A stretch of DNA of 64,000 bases from Syncephalis fuscata S228. Its lineage: Eukaryota; Fungi; Zoopagomycota. A program made the position numbers and the translations under genes. The notes below the pieces were generated by a model. That model saw nothing but the letters and a program-made list of their open reading frames with translations. It was not told the origin of the DNA and did no database searches. Positions 13,994 to 26,288 of this stretch are shown in pieces (the stretch's first letter is position 1; every line of letters begins with the position of its first letter). The stretch is taken from NCBI GenBank assembly GCA_025786725.1, contig JAHLTZ010000047.1, positions 62,001 to 126,000 of the forward strand, written 5' to 3'.

Positions 13994-14711
13994 TATTTTG
14001 GGACAAAGTTGTGGTGGGATGAGGAAAAAGAAGAACACGGCTGTGCTATTCGAATGTAGCTGGGAGTCTTGCTGGGTTTATAGCATGCGGTCACAGGTCT
14101 ATAGTGTGATGCTCTTATCTACGTCAATGATGTAAATCGAGATAATGGACCAATTAAATTGATAAGGTCAAAGATAAGACAATGCAAGGCGGTACGGAAG
14201 AGACGGAGGAGACGAAAGGACGGTAGAACGAATGGATATTAGTAGACGATAGAGCGGAAACGTAGTATATTTGATTGAAATGCAAATTTTGCGTTTAATC
14301 TTGAATGACCATTCAGCAACTAATAGCCAAGGCCGTAATACCGGAATCGGATGGGGAGGTTGTCGAAACAAGCAAACGTGCAGCTATGCACAATAAACAA
14401 CATGTCATTGGAGCATGGTTGGTGGCGCCACCCATTAAACACCGCGTGTTGCCATTGTTATTTATTACGAGTCTGTTGACAATGGTTTGTCGTATAGTTT
14501 GTCGACGATGCATTCCCACCAAATACCGCGTAACACATTGCAACGGGTACTAATTAAAATAGCAAAGATTTACATAGATACGTGTGTGTTACAAGTATTA
14601 TTTGCATTCTAATTGCATTCATCATTATTGCCTGACTTTGAAATTTTACCTGACAATATTCCCATCGGCTACCCCAACCAATCTGTAATATTTTGTTTTA
14701 TTAGATTGAAT

Positions 14712-15360
14712 TGTACTTTGACACCACATTTGGAGTCTCCAAAGCAAAATCTGCTCCAACTCAAGTCAATTGTAACAAAATGGCCGTAGGATAGCCACTG
14801 TTACTGCTGTTATGCATGACAAAACACAAGTATAGCGCTTTTATTTGATTACTTGGAATTTACGAGGCCGATCATTATTGTTGTTGGCCATGTATAGAAA
14901 GATTAATCGAATATTAATAGAAGCCATGTGATCGCAATTCCATATCGTTTTGCAGTTGTTATTGTTGTTACTACGTACAGTGTGGTTTCTTGCGTCTGAA
15001 TGGTCTTTTCTATTCTCCAATCTTCTGCTGTTGCATTTTGGGCACATTTGTGCTGTAAGATACTCGCCTATGATGACAAAAAGGTGGAACAACTAGCATT
15101 TCTAATGTTCACTATTTTCTTGAGCATTCTTAATATCAACTTGGTAGATGCAGATTATTTGCCAACCATTGATGGAGCAAATCTACCTCCACCATATGCA
15201 ATAATGATAGGTTGAGTGTCTTCACCAGGAAGATCTTGCGATGACAGTTGTACCAGAAGATACGGCATGCCGTTGAGGTTGCTTGAACAGGTGTTGACGT
15301 AAATAAGAGAAGTAAAGACTAGGAATTGAATAATGCTCTTTATTAATGTTCAAATACGCA
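14712..15360 (-). mobile_element. Degenerate Fanzor (eukaryotic TnpB-like) 3' half plus transposon end
   Basis: Across one stop and frameshifts it reads PIIIAYGGGRFAPSMVGK...VIIGEYLTAQMCPKC...CKTIWNCDHMASINI, matching the RuvC-II / Zn-ribbon / RuvC-III layout. The non-coding terminus ...GTCAAAGTACA is shared with the copy at 23541. Confidence 0.7.
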
Positions 15361-16632
15361 TGCTATTTATATTGTTATATTCGCATTAGCGTATAGTATA
15401 TTACTGAATAAAGCAATAAGATAGCAATAGGAAAAGACGGTGAAATGAGTAAATAAAAAATATGAAAGTACAATGCTCCTCAAGCTTAATTAAATATTAA
15501 CAAGATAAATAATAAATAACATATAATTGTCATATTGATGCTATCTATTGTATTATATATTCTTCAATTGTATTTTGTCCGTTCATCATATTGTATATCA
15601 TTATATTGTCTATTGATTATATAATCTCAATAAAAGCTGTTTATTACTAACTGTATTGTAAATGTCGCTTCATCTTGGTTTGGCAATCGTCATGCCGTCT
15701 AGTGCTCTAGGCTACATCTGTTACAAATCCGGCTTGTCAAAAACTCGCCATTGTAAACAAATTCAATAGAATCATTACAATCGTTACTACTATTATTACT
15801 CAATGAATGCTTAATATATAAACCAGCACATTTTATTAACCAACTAATGAATAAATTATATCACATTCTCACTTGTCATATCCAATATTAAGGCTTTTTT
15901 ATTTCTGAAATCACACTATTATTCCCAAACATAATTAATTAAACAACAATTATTACAATAATAATAATAGTCATATGGTAAATGAATGGTAATTAAAAAT
16001 GATGATCTAATAACCATTAATTCATGATGATAGTAATAATAATTACCAAAAGAAATAAGTAAATTGTTTATTCAGTCTATTTTTATTTACTATCAAAATA
16101 CCAATACTCTTATTTCGGCTTACAGGTTGCTTATCAGGTGGGAGATTAATGAATTGCACAGACTATTGGCCAAATACTCTGCGATAGTAACGTGTGCCAC
16201 GCCATTTGTCTCGGCACATACAAAAACATTACTATAATAGATATTTAAAAACAGGTTATCAACTAATTAAGTAAAACAGCAAATGATAACATTATTATCG
16301 ACGTTTCATAAAGAATATATATTTTTGGTAACATAGCAACCTGTTTAATGTATTCGGTCTGGTAATACCGACCGGTATTTAATATCATCATTGCTTCTAC
16401 TGGTCAGCAATAGTAGTAACAATATAAAGATACGATAAATATTCAGCATTGATCATTTACTCAGTACTGTACTATCGATGCAAAGACTGCCTAAAACCAT
16501 CTTATTGTAAATAGTGTTTGCAGTTTTTGGTTTAATTTATAATCTATCATAGTCAGTACTGTATGCTATCCAACTGATTTGTTCTGTTTTTTAAAATATT
16601 GATTTGTTCACAGTATCTTTACTGCAACAACC

Positions 16633-17612
16633 ATGTCCGATTATATTCGTATGGTGACAGATATTTTTCCAGAATTTACTCGTTATGCATTAATTCATGG
16701 ATTTGCCGAGTATTGTATTGTTCCATGGTTGGACCAGAAACGTGTGGCTTCTTTATCTATAGGTGATCGTATTGATTTACCAGAAAAGTAAGTTATCAAC
16801 TATTTAGTCAAAAAACTTTAGCTATAGTAAATTAAATAGCACTATTTAATAGACTGTCCTCAACCATACATGCATTGCGTATTGGTATAAGTGGATTAAG
16901 AATTGTATTTTGCGACAATATTTTTCAAACAAACGTATTTACCGAAATGACTGATTCAATGTCTAAAGTGCTTCACGAATGTGCCGGCTATAGCATCTAC
17001 GACATGATGGTAATGGGAACTAAGCCTCATGAAAGCAAAGCAATGTGGATACATCATATACTTACCAGTATCGGGCCGATTATCTACATTATATTTAAGC
17101 AAGGAATTTTTTTTGGCTTTCCATTAACCATTACTGAACTTACAGTGCCTTTTGTTAATGTGCTATGGTTTATGTCGCGTCTTACCAACATGAAGCCGTT
17201 AACCCGCCAAATTCTACTAGGACTACGTGCCATGGCGTATATTATCTTACGATGTTTTACCGTACCTACCATCCTATGGTATGCCGTACGTTCGAGTAGT
17301 GCTTATGTAGCCAGTAATCGATTTAATGCAATGGCAATTTTAACGAAATTAAGTGCACATCAGCAACAGCCGCAACAGCAACAAGAAGCAATAAAAAGCG
17401 CGCTAGCATCCCTCGTGGGTCGTAACGATATGATTGTACCGAGATGGTCCGATCTACGCTGTTTCTGGTACTTTTACCAACAACTGCCCATGCCTTGTTC
17501 CATTATGATATTCGTTTTACTTACTGGTACTGCTATACTTAATATTCTTTGGACACGCGATGCAGTTTTGTCGTTTTTCCGTAATTGGAAAAAATACCGA
17601 GCTTCAAGATAA
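16633..17612 (+). CDS. TLC (TRAM/LAG1/CLN8) domain membrane protein
   Basis: Two exons (intron ~16788-16852). SSTIHA, GYSIYD, WIHH, TELTVPFVN, LRC and LNILW motifs with multiple hydrophobic segments. Confidence 0.75.
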
Positions 17613-18934
17613 TCATCCAAGGATGCGCTATCCAAGCGCTTGCTCATGCTTATCTTAGTAAATGACGATCACCTCCTATCAATATGGATGGTCTATCCAT
17701 TGAATTACCAGATCGTATAAACAATAGCCTATTTATTTATCTATTTTACAGTGTATCATTTAATTCCATCATGATTGAACACATAGAATACTACTATGGT
17801 CGAGATAGAAACAACGCTTGTTTGACTGGTAAATAGCCATAACAACAACATTACAATGAAAATCTTTTTATTCTTAATTCTATAACTATGTTTGGTGTCC
17901 AGTAATAATGGCCCTGATCTACAAAGCATGTATTGCCATTGGAGACACGCACACTTATACACCATACATATTACACATGTATGCATGCAGACTGCTAATA
18001 GGCATGGTAGTGTAGCCGCGTGGCTAACCAGTGCTTGTCCATAGACTTGCCGCCAATTGATGGTGGTTTTCTATGGCAACCCTGATTCTGTGCTGCACTG
18101 TTATTTTACTTGTTTGGATGTGCCTATTCTTTTCCAACTATATTTACCTTGAATTTACTCCATTTAATATAGCACTACCACGACTCTTTTACTACAATAT
18201 AATATAATACTATAGCTATAACTAGAACCAATATATACCTGCTCTACGCCTCATCACTTGTGATTGTATTTCAGTGCGTACATTTCTATAGTATTCCTTC
18301 GCATTATTCTCAGCGTTCGTGGGCTTTGCGTCTGCTCTTAACTTATTCAGTAATTCGGCTTCTCCTTTTCTAAGCCGAGTCAACCGCCGTCCCTTCCTCT
18401 ATTCTTTCCTTTTCTTTCTCATTCACTTGTTCCTTCACTTGTTCATCTTTTAATTGAACAAACCTTTCTACCGACGTGCTTAGCAGCAGCACTGACGTAC
18501 GATTGTTGATTTACAAAGGACGCTGCTCTTGTGTCAAGTCTATGCAGACTTCTGAATTGGCTTGTCTGTTTCAGTGGTGCTAAAAACTCTTTTTTCTTTT
18601 TCCTTTAAGCGATTGCAGCACGCTTCATAGCTTTGTCTTACTATAATCCAGTGATAACATTGGTGCCACTCTCTGCTGTCGTTTGTTGCAGCCTTCAATG
18701 CTAGCCTGGTTTCTCGGCCAAGTCTCTCCTGTGTTCGGCGCAGCCGTCACAGATAATAATAATATTAATAATAGCAACAACAACAACAATAACAACAGTA
18801 TTCCAGAGTTGACTGACGAAAGTCAAGTACAACTACCGGCACAGCATTCCTATTCCTTGTCTCAATCACTTGCGTCAATACACGCTATATTAGGGACTCG
18901 GACTCAAATACAAAACAACACGCACGTTAACGAG

Positions 18935-19864
18935 ATGTCGACCGAAACTGTTGCAACTAACATCGACACTAAACTATCCATGCCATCATTGAAGGAGATG
19001 GACGCGGTGGAGCATCAGCCTATAATTGAATTGCCAGCTGATTTTGGTGAAGCTAATCCAAGTGATGTGGCACGCATCATTGGTAAGTAGCGTGTGTAGG
19101 ACAAATGGCTATAATAGTAAATAGCGAGTACGGTAGACAGTTAAAATGGTTATATGCTATCTAAAGAGTATAATGCATTATACTAATGCTTTTTATGTTT
19201 ATTTACAATCTATAGCCCATGTTATCGACCAACTAATGGTATATAACGACCGAATTCCACTGGACCCTCAGCATCTTACTCGTTTCCACTCACGTGCAAC
19301 GCCGGCATTAGCATTACCGACTATTTGGCTCGTATTGTTCGCTATACCTCGTTGGAGACCGCATGTCTGCTCTGCATCCTTGTTTATATTGACCGTGTTT
19401 GTGCATCTCATCCAACATTTACTTTGGCGTCATTGACCGCCCATCGATTTATTAGTGCGGCAGTGACCGTTTCAGCCAAAGCCTTATGTGATATCTATTG
19501 CACCAATGCCCATTATGCCAAAGTGGGCGGTGTAAGCTGTGCTGAGTTAAACGCACTTGAATTGGCACTTTTACGTATGATTGACTGGCGACTCTACTGT
19601 CGACGAGAGGAACTTCAACGCTATTATGAAAATCTCGTACGTCAACATCCAGGCTACCGATTGGCTGAGAAAACAACGCCACTAATACCCCTAACGAACT
19701 TTTCCAATTACAATCCAGCCATTGGCGAATTAGGAGTCAATATAGCTATGAAAACAGAAAATGTAATCGATGTTGAACACTCCCCAGCCACTGCTGCTAC
19801 CGATACAGACACCGATACGACAGTGTCGTCTGTATCAAGTCCTGCGACCGATGTTGTTAACTAG
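18935..19864 (+). CDS. PHO80-like cyclin (Pcl/CNPPD1 type); 1-nt deletion near 19308
   Basis: LTRFHSRATP(G)ISITDYLARIVRY, LVYIDR, HRFI, AKALCDIYCTNAHYAKVGG, ELNALE. Intron ~19083-19215. An alternative in-frame ATG lies at 18698. Confidence 0.85.
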
Positions 19865-19924
19865 CAACTAATTAATTAGCTAACAAACAAACAAATTAAT
19901 GAACGACAAAACACACCACATTGA

Positions 19925-20020
19925 TATACATACATACATACATATATACATACATACCTATCTAACTACCCACTCACCTAAATATATAGCTACCCACCTA
20001 ACTAACTAACTTACTATCTA
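19925..20020. repeat. (ATAC)n/(ACTA)n microsatellite-like tract downstream of the cyclin
   Basis: Directly visible tetranucleotide repeats. Confidence 0.6.
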
Positions 20021-20284
20021 CGGACAACCTACACGACAACCGTTCGTTGCTACCATTGACAACACTCGGGATTTACGATTATTTTTAACGGTTCAAGATT
20101 GCGACTATGATAGCCATGCTGCATTTATAGCTATCCACGCTGCTCGCTGTACTAATTTACGAAGATTCATTTTTGGTTTTATAATAACGATCGTTTATAT
20201 TGGCATATTTTAACATAGCATTAAATACTTTTGTTTATTCTGTAAATTGATACTATCATTTTATTCATTATTCATTATGTCTAA

Positions 20285-23200
20285 TTATACTAATTTAAGG
20301 AGATGCGGTGTAATAGTCTCACCGACTGCACAACTGGATGCCAATGTGGCAATGGCAGCATGTTGAGCAATATTAACAAGTCGATCCATGTTATCGGAAG
20401 AGCCGTGAACGGTCAATCCAGCCACAAGTGCACCACAAAACTATCACCGGCACCTGTAACATTAACAATACTGTCGGGCTTAAGAGCCGGATAATATTTA
20501 AGTGTTGGAGCAGATTCATGAGAAGACAACGTGTTGCTGGCACATAGTACACCATGATTGCCTAACTTGACCATTACCGTGGGTATTCTCCTACTTAGTC
20601 TTAATGCGTTAAGAGCGGTGGTATGCCATAGTTCCGGAATGGATTCAAGTACTAAAAACGAAATAGTATCAAATAATAGTAAATAAACTGATGATGATTA
20701 CTTACATAAAGTATGATATTTATCAATACTAATTGGTTTTGTAAACCAGTCTTTATTGTTAAGCACCTGTGTCAATGCGTCTAATTCATAGTGATTGGGT
20801 GTTATGTAATGAATACCGCCTGACTCGAGAATAGCGGGATCTTGTAAGATGCGAAGTGATTTTGGAATCGATGTCGGTTCAAACAAAGCTATATTATTGT
20901 ATTAGTATATGGATAGATGGTAAAGCCTATTATATCTTATACTTACTAGGTATACCGGTAAGCGCACATATATCGGAAATTGCCCGTATACAGGAAACAG
21001 GTAAATTGCCGTCAAAACATATAAATGCCGGCTTCACTTCCTGTATCGCTCGGACAATATGGCTTGGTTGTAATTGGTTGAAAATATCCATATTGGCCAC
21101 TGCAACATATAACTGTCCATCAGCCTCGTGAATAGCATTGTAAACAGCCGTGTGGGTTGTTGGATCATCGCTAGAAAGTCTTTGTATTTGGCTACAGGAC
21201 TATATTAAATAGAGTAATCAATGACGGCCATTATTATTACTATTATTATTACTATTACTATATGGCTGCTATTTCATTTACCAAATTAATACGTGTTAGT
21301 TCTTCGTTAATCCATTCACCGTCTGCATCATTACTTGTAATAGATACTAATACAGTATCGATACCGCATTTGTGAGCAACTCGAGCTATATTACATCCCA
21401 CACCGCCTAATGTACGCTGTAATTGGCCCGGATACGAGGATCTATTTAATGGATGATGGCCTACATCTGATGCTACCGTACACGTAATATCAACGGCACA
21501 ACCGCCCACCACCATCTAAATAGATAGATAGATAGATAGATAGTGGTCAATGAATAGTAACTGACTCCAATAGTTATATAACCAACCAGTCTTTTAGCAC
21601 TATGATTATTTATGGAACTACTGCTACCACTACTATTGTTACTACTTGAATATGATTCAGTAGGCTGATTATGGGTAACAAAAGTCTTTTGATCATTAAT
21701 AAATAGAAATAACACAAAAACAATATAATATAAGTAAGTCTTCATTATCAATTGGCCATAAGTATTAAACCTTTGGATGTGCTTGGTTCTGGCTATTTTG
21801 ACGCAATAAAGCAAATTCCCGCGCTATTTGACTACCAATAACTGCATTATTTTTTATCAAAGCAATGTCTAACATTACAAATTAGTTTACATGGTTTTTA
21901 TCAGCATTTCAGTGACCTACTGGCTTCCAATGATTTGCCTAAAGTCCGTTGGTTAACACGGTCGAGTAGGAATGGTGTTATATCTTTTCCGATAATATTT
22001 TGTTCACTAAGTAGCTATTATTAATCATAGAACGGTGGTTATGTTATATTATTATAGTTACACTGATTCGGCCAATGCTTGCTTGATAGCCTTTTGAATT
22101 TCTTGACCATCAGCGGCGTATTGCTCAGGAATTGGTACGGCAATTACTTGGCCTCCTTCTAATTGAAGTCGATGCGCCACATCTTTGATGCCATTGTTTA
22201 TATTTGTAGTGCATTAAAATAAACCAAAACTTACCCAGCAATGATGCACATTCCTTGACAGTGTCTAGCCGCATTGGTGACTAGATAGCGAGATAGTTAT
22301 TATAACTAGTATATAGGATATTTGGCTCATTAATTAAATGTTACCTTAAATCCACTATGAGGTGTGAAAAATGCAGGGAATTCATCAGAACCATAGGTGG
22401 CCACCGTAACGCCTTGCGTTTCCTATTATTTGTATTATTTAGCCAATGAGTCGTTATATGTTAGTGTTATACCAAATATTCTAATGTCTTTTCCAGGTCA
22501 AGAATCGATTTGGCTCCACCACATACGACGGCTACAGGTGTACGACCTAGTTCCGTTAAATCCGCGCTAATATCCATTGCTGTATTTCAACATTATTAGT
22601 AGCTGTTCTATCCCGCTGACCATACTTACTTTGCTCGGCACCGTAGTGAACACCACCAATGCCTCCCGTAACAAATACAGGAATGCCCGCTCGATGTGCA
22701 ATCACCATGGTGGACGCTATAGTAGTAGCTGCAGGAACACCCTTTAATTGTATATTTAATGCTATAGACGCTTTAATGTGTTACAATGAGTTTGTAAACT
22801 ACCTTTGCTACTACGTAGGCAATATCTCGACGAGAAGTCTTAGTTGCCTTGTTACCAATCTTGGCCAGTGTATTTAATTCATCATTGGTAAGTCCTATTA
22901 GTTATTAGTAAGTATGGTTTACACCAATTCAATAAACAGTATACGTACCAACACGTATTTTGCCATCAAGGATAGCAATGGTAGCTGGTACACAGCCATG
23001 TTCACGCACAATTGACTCGACAGCTTGGGCAGTGGTTAAATTTTGTGGATAAGGCATGCCTGTGGACAGCTATAGAGTAGATTATCATGAATGGATGTGG
23101 TACACGTACCATGACTTATAATTGTCGATTCAAGAGCCACGACCGGCTTTCCTGCCTTCAATGCAGCAGTTACTTCGGCTGACGGCTGCAAAATTGTTTG

Positions 23201-23323
23201 CATTGCGTCACGCGCTAATAACCGTCGCTGCGCTATGTGAGAAGAACACAGCAGTGCGCGAGGTGCCAGAGAAGTTCGGGCGACGCCATAAGCCATTGAC
23301 GAAAATACGCGTTGGTAATTCAT
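20285..23323 (-). CDS. Pseudouridine-5'-phosphate glycosidase (PsuG/IndA) fused to a PfkB-family pseudouridine kinase
   Basis: N-terminal [31 protein letters not shown] and ITPFLL; C-terminal [20 protein letters not shown] and [10 protein letters not shown]; many short introns. Confidence 0.9.
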
Positions 23324-23540
23324 TGTGGGAAATTGCTGGCGTATGTAAATTATGTATAACGCTTAAAGAAAAAGAACACTACGCCCTTATTTTTATTTTT
23401 ACCACTCAGTGTAACAAGCATGTTGGTTAAAACCTGAATGGATTGGATAGGCTAAATATAACTTTATGTACTACGTAAAAACACCATTAATTGTGGCGTG
23501 TTAAGCGTGTTAAAGAAATGAATTACGTATTAAAAGCTAC

Positions 23541-23786
23541 TGTACTTTGACTCCCACATCTGTCCCAAAGCACAATTTGTTCCAATCAGAGTTATGCCAT
23601 TATTATACGCAACATAGTTATATTACTTTCTATTAAAATATTATTAATAGACTGATTTAAATAAACAATGTAGCATACTATTTGATTACTTTGAAACATT
23701 TGAGGTTGATTATTATTGTTATTGGCTATGTGTAGAAAGATTGATTGAATATTAATAAAAGCCATTGATCGCGATTCCATATCGTT
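23541..23786 (-). mobile_element. Second, shorter Fanzor/TnpB transposon-end remnant
   Basis: Encodes TIWNRD..MAFINIQSIFLHIANNNNNQP, homologous to 14841-14950. It ends in the same terminus (plus strand TGTACTTTGAC..CCACAT..CCAAAGCA..TCCAA) with a different flank. Confidence 0.65.
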
Positions 23787-24298
23787 CCTCATTACTTCTG
23801 TTGCCTGTTTGTCATACTGCACATCAAATTGTTATGTATCTATTTCTTTTCTATCTTGTTTCTGTTTACTTGAACCACATTGTATATTATAATAATTATA
23901 TTTAATAATCGCAATTATTTTATTATTTTTATACTTGTAGACCATTTCAACAAAAATATCTAACAATTCAGTGTAATAATGACGATGTATTTTACGGAAA
24001 TCAATTTAAAACAGGTATCACAATATTATTGATTGGCTTGTATGGTTTTACTTTTATTCATAATTTAAGTTTGTACTGCTTTCATCTGAATGCTATACTA
24101 TTATATCATTAGCTAATTTAATATTGAAGGAAATGATGCTATAATAATATAGATTGTCCATAAACATTACAATGTATGGTCAAAGTAGTTCATGTTACAT
24201 TAGCAAATGTACAAAGCGTATTGTAATAAAATATTTGATTATTATTATTATTTATGATATGCACGAAATAAATGCTATAAGTATTGTTAGTCTAATTT

Positions 24299-25658
24299 TT
24301 ATTGAATATTGGCTGCAAGCCGTTTAAATGTGCTCCATGGTCGTTTTACTATTTTCTTTATCTTTTCAGCTGTAGAAGACGTTAACATTTGAATTGGAAT
24401 TAAGCAGCCGGAGCTATTACTGCTATTTAACGCCACCATAAACTTGAGAAGTTTAAGTAGTTTTTTTGCTGCAACTGTATCAGATTGCGTTGGAAGTATT
24501 GGTAATTTAAATTGATACTGTTGATAATTGTTGATAAACCTTGCTTTCAATTGCTCTAGCCTTTCCAGTTCATTTGGGGTTATTTGCGGTGATATGTTTG
24601 CTGTTATTTGGAATATCTCCAATAAAGTTTTAAATTGATTTATATTACTGCCATGAAAATAACGCGGAAAGACTCCAGTAATAGATCTAAATATCTTTTT
24701 TGACAGACTTGTATTATCATCATTGCATAGATTATAAGCTGGTGTTTTATCCAAATTTTGTGGTGGCACCAATTTTTTAGTGACTAAAACATTATTTTGG
24801 ACCAATTGTCCAGAAACATCATAGTCGATGATTGTCACTTTTACGTCTTTTGAATTCGGTATTTGCCAAACCATGATGTCTACTCAAAATAGTTAGATAA
24901 CCATACAAACACACGTATCAACGTACTTTTCCCCTCCAAGTCGTTATGAATTAAGTTGGCATAGCGTAAATACATAGTACCTAGTTATTGTTAGTAAATA
25001 TATAAAATTTATAACATTACTACATACCTTGAGCCACTTGATAAAACACTTGTGGAAGAAATGTAGCCTTTTCTGCCCATGATTTTGCATCGATGAAGTT
25101 ATCCAACTCAATACCATAAGCAAACGAGTATATATAACAAACATCATTCTTAGAACTACCAGATGGTTCTGGTATTTTAAAGCTATGCAATGGTTGTTGG
25201 ATATAATCCTTGCCTTTTGCTATACTGTTTTTGATTAGATCTTTTACTGCTTTTAAAATCTATTTTCTGTGTCAGTCAATTTTTAATAACAAGCCAAATT
25301 CTTACATTAAATGCTACATCCTCTTCGTACGCTATGTCATTCCTTATACATTTTAGAAATCTACGCTGATTATTCCATACGACATCGCCAACGCTTACTT
25401 CATGTGATCCACCAATCCATTTGATTGAGGCAAATCCATGACCTTTAAGTGTATCGTCATTTTTAAAATAAATATACCCAGGACTTTCAAAACCAAGCTT
25501 AGCTATTATGGATATTAATTTTACTAAAAACCACAGATTTAACACAAATATGCACACTTACCACCAATCCTTGCACCAATAGCATTTGCCAGTGATACAC
25601 TGCAAAGCGCTATTAAAGCACAAGTTGATATAACGTTGCACAAAGTAAAACTAGTCAT
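24299..25658 (-). CDS. Secreted atypical protein-kinase-fold protein (5 exons), copy 1
   Basis: Signal peptide MTSFTLCNVISTCALIALCSVSLANA; RFLKC (Lys kept); IHNDLEGKN; VTIIDYD. Reading frame is open after splicing. Confidence 0.8.
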
Positions 25659-26288
25659 GTCAAAACAGCTATTCTATAAGGTAAAGATTAAAAAAATTGT
25701 GATTGTGCGTTTGCGGAAAATAGGGAATAACTATTATATGAGAAACGCCATAATACGATGCTTATTTATATATATATGTGTAACTGAGATTTAAAACAAT
25801 TGAAAATTTTACAAGTATTGCTAAAAATAAATATTGAACTATAGAAATGGAATTCTTTTGCTGTCTTTGAGTATGTTAATACCATTTACAAAAATTGTAA
25901 AACGTGGGCTGATCAAAAGAGATGAAACGTCAATACTTATTATAGCATACTACTTGGATGATCTATACCATATAGAATTGGCGTATTTTTACAAAACAAC
26001 TTAACATCTACTATCAAATGAACACATAGAGACACTTTACTAAACAGTACAAGCTATTGAACCAATTAAACAAACAATGACATCCTGCGTTAATGATTGG
26101 TGCTCAACCATCCCCAAAAAAGATTTACAACTTTACCATGAGAGCTTATCATACTTGAATCACATCATCGCTATCCGATAAACACGCCTTTTCTCGCTCT
26201 TATCGTGTCATATAGGTTAACGGGCCGTAGATATATCGCTACTAAAGTTTTCTTTTGTATTTATTCATTATAACAATTAGTTGCCACG

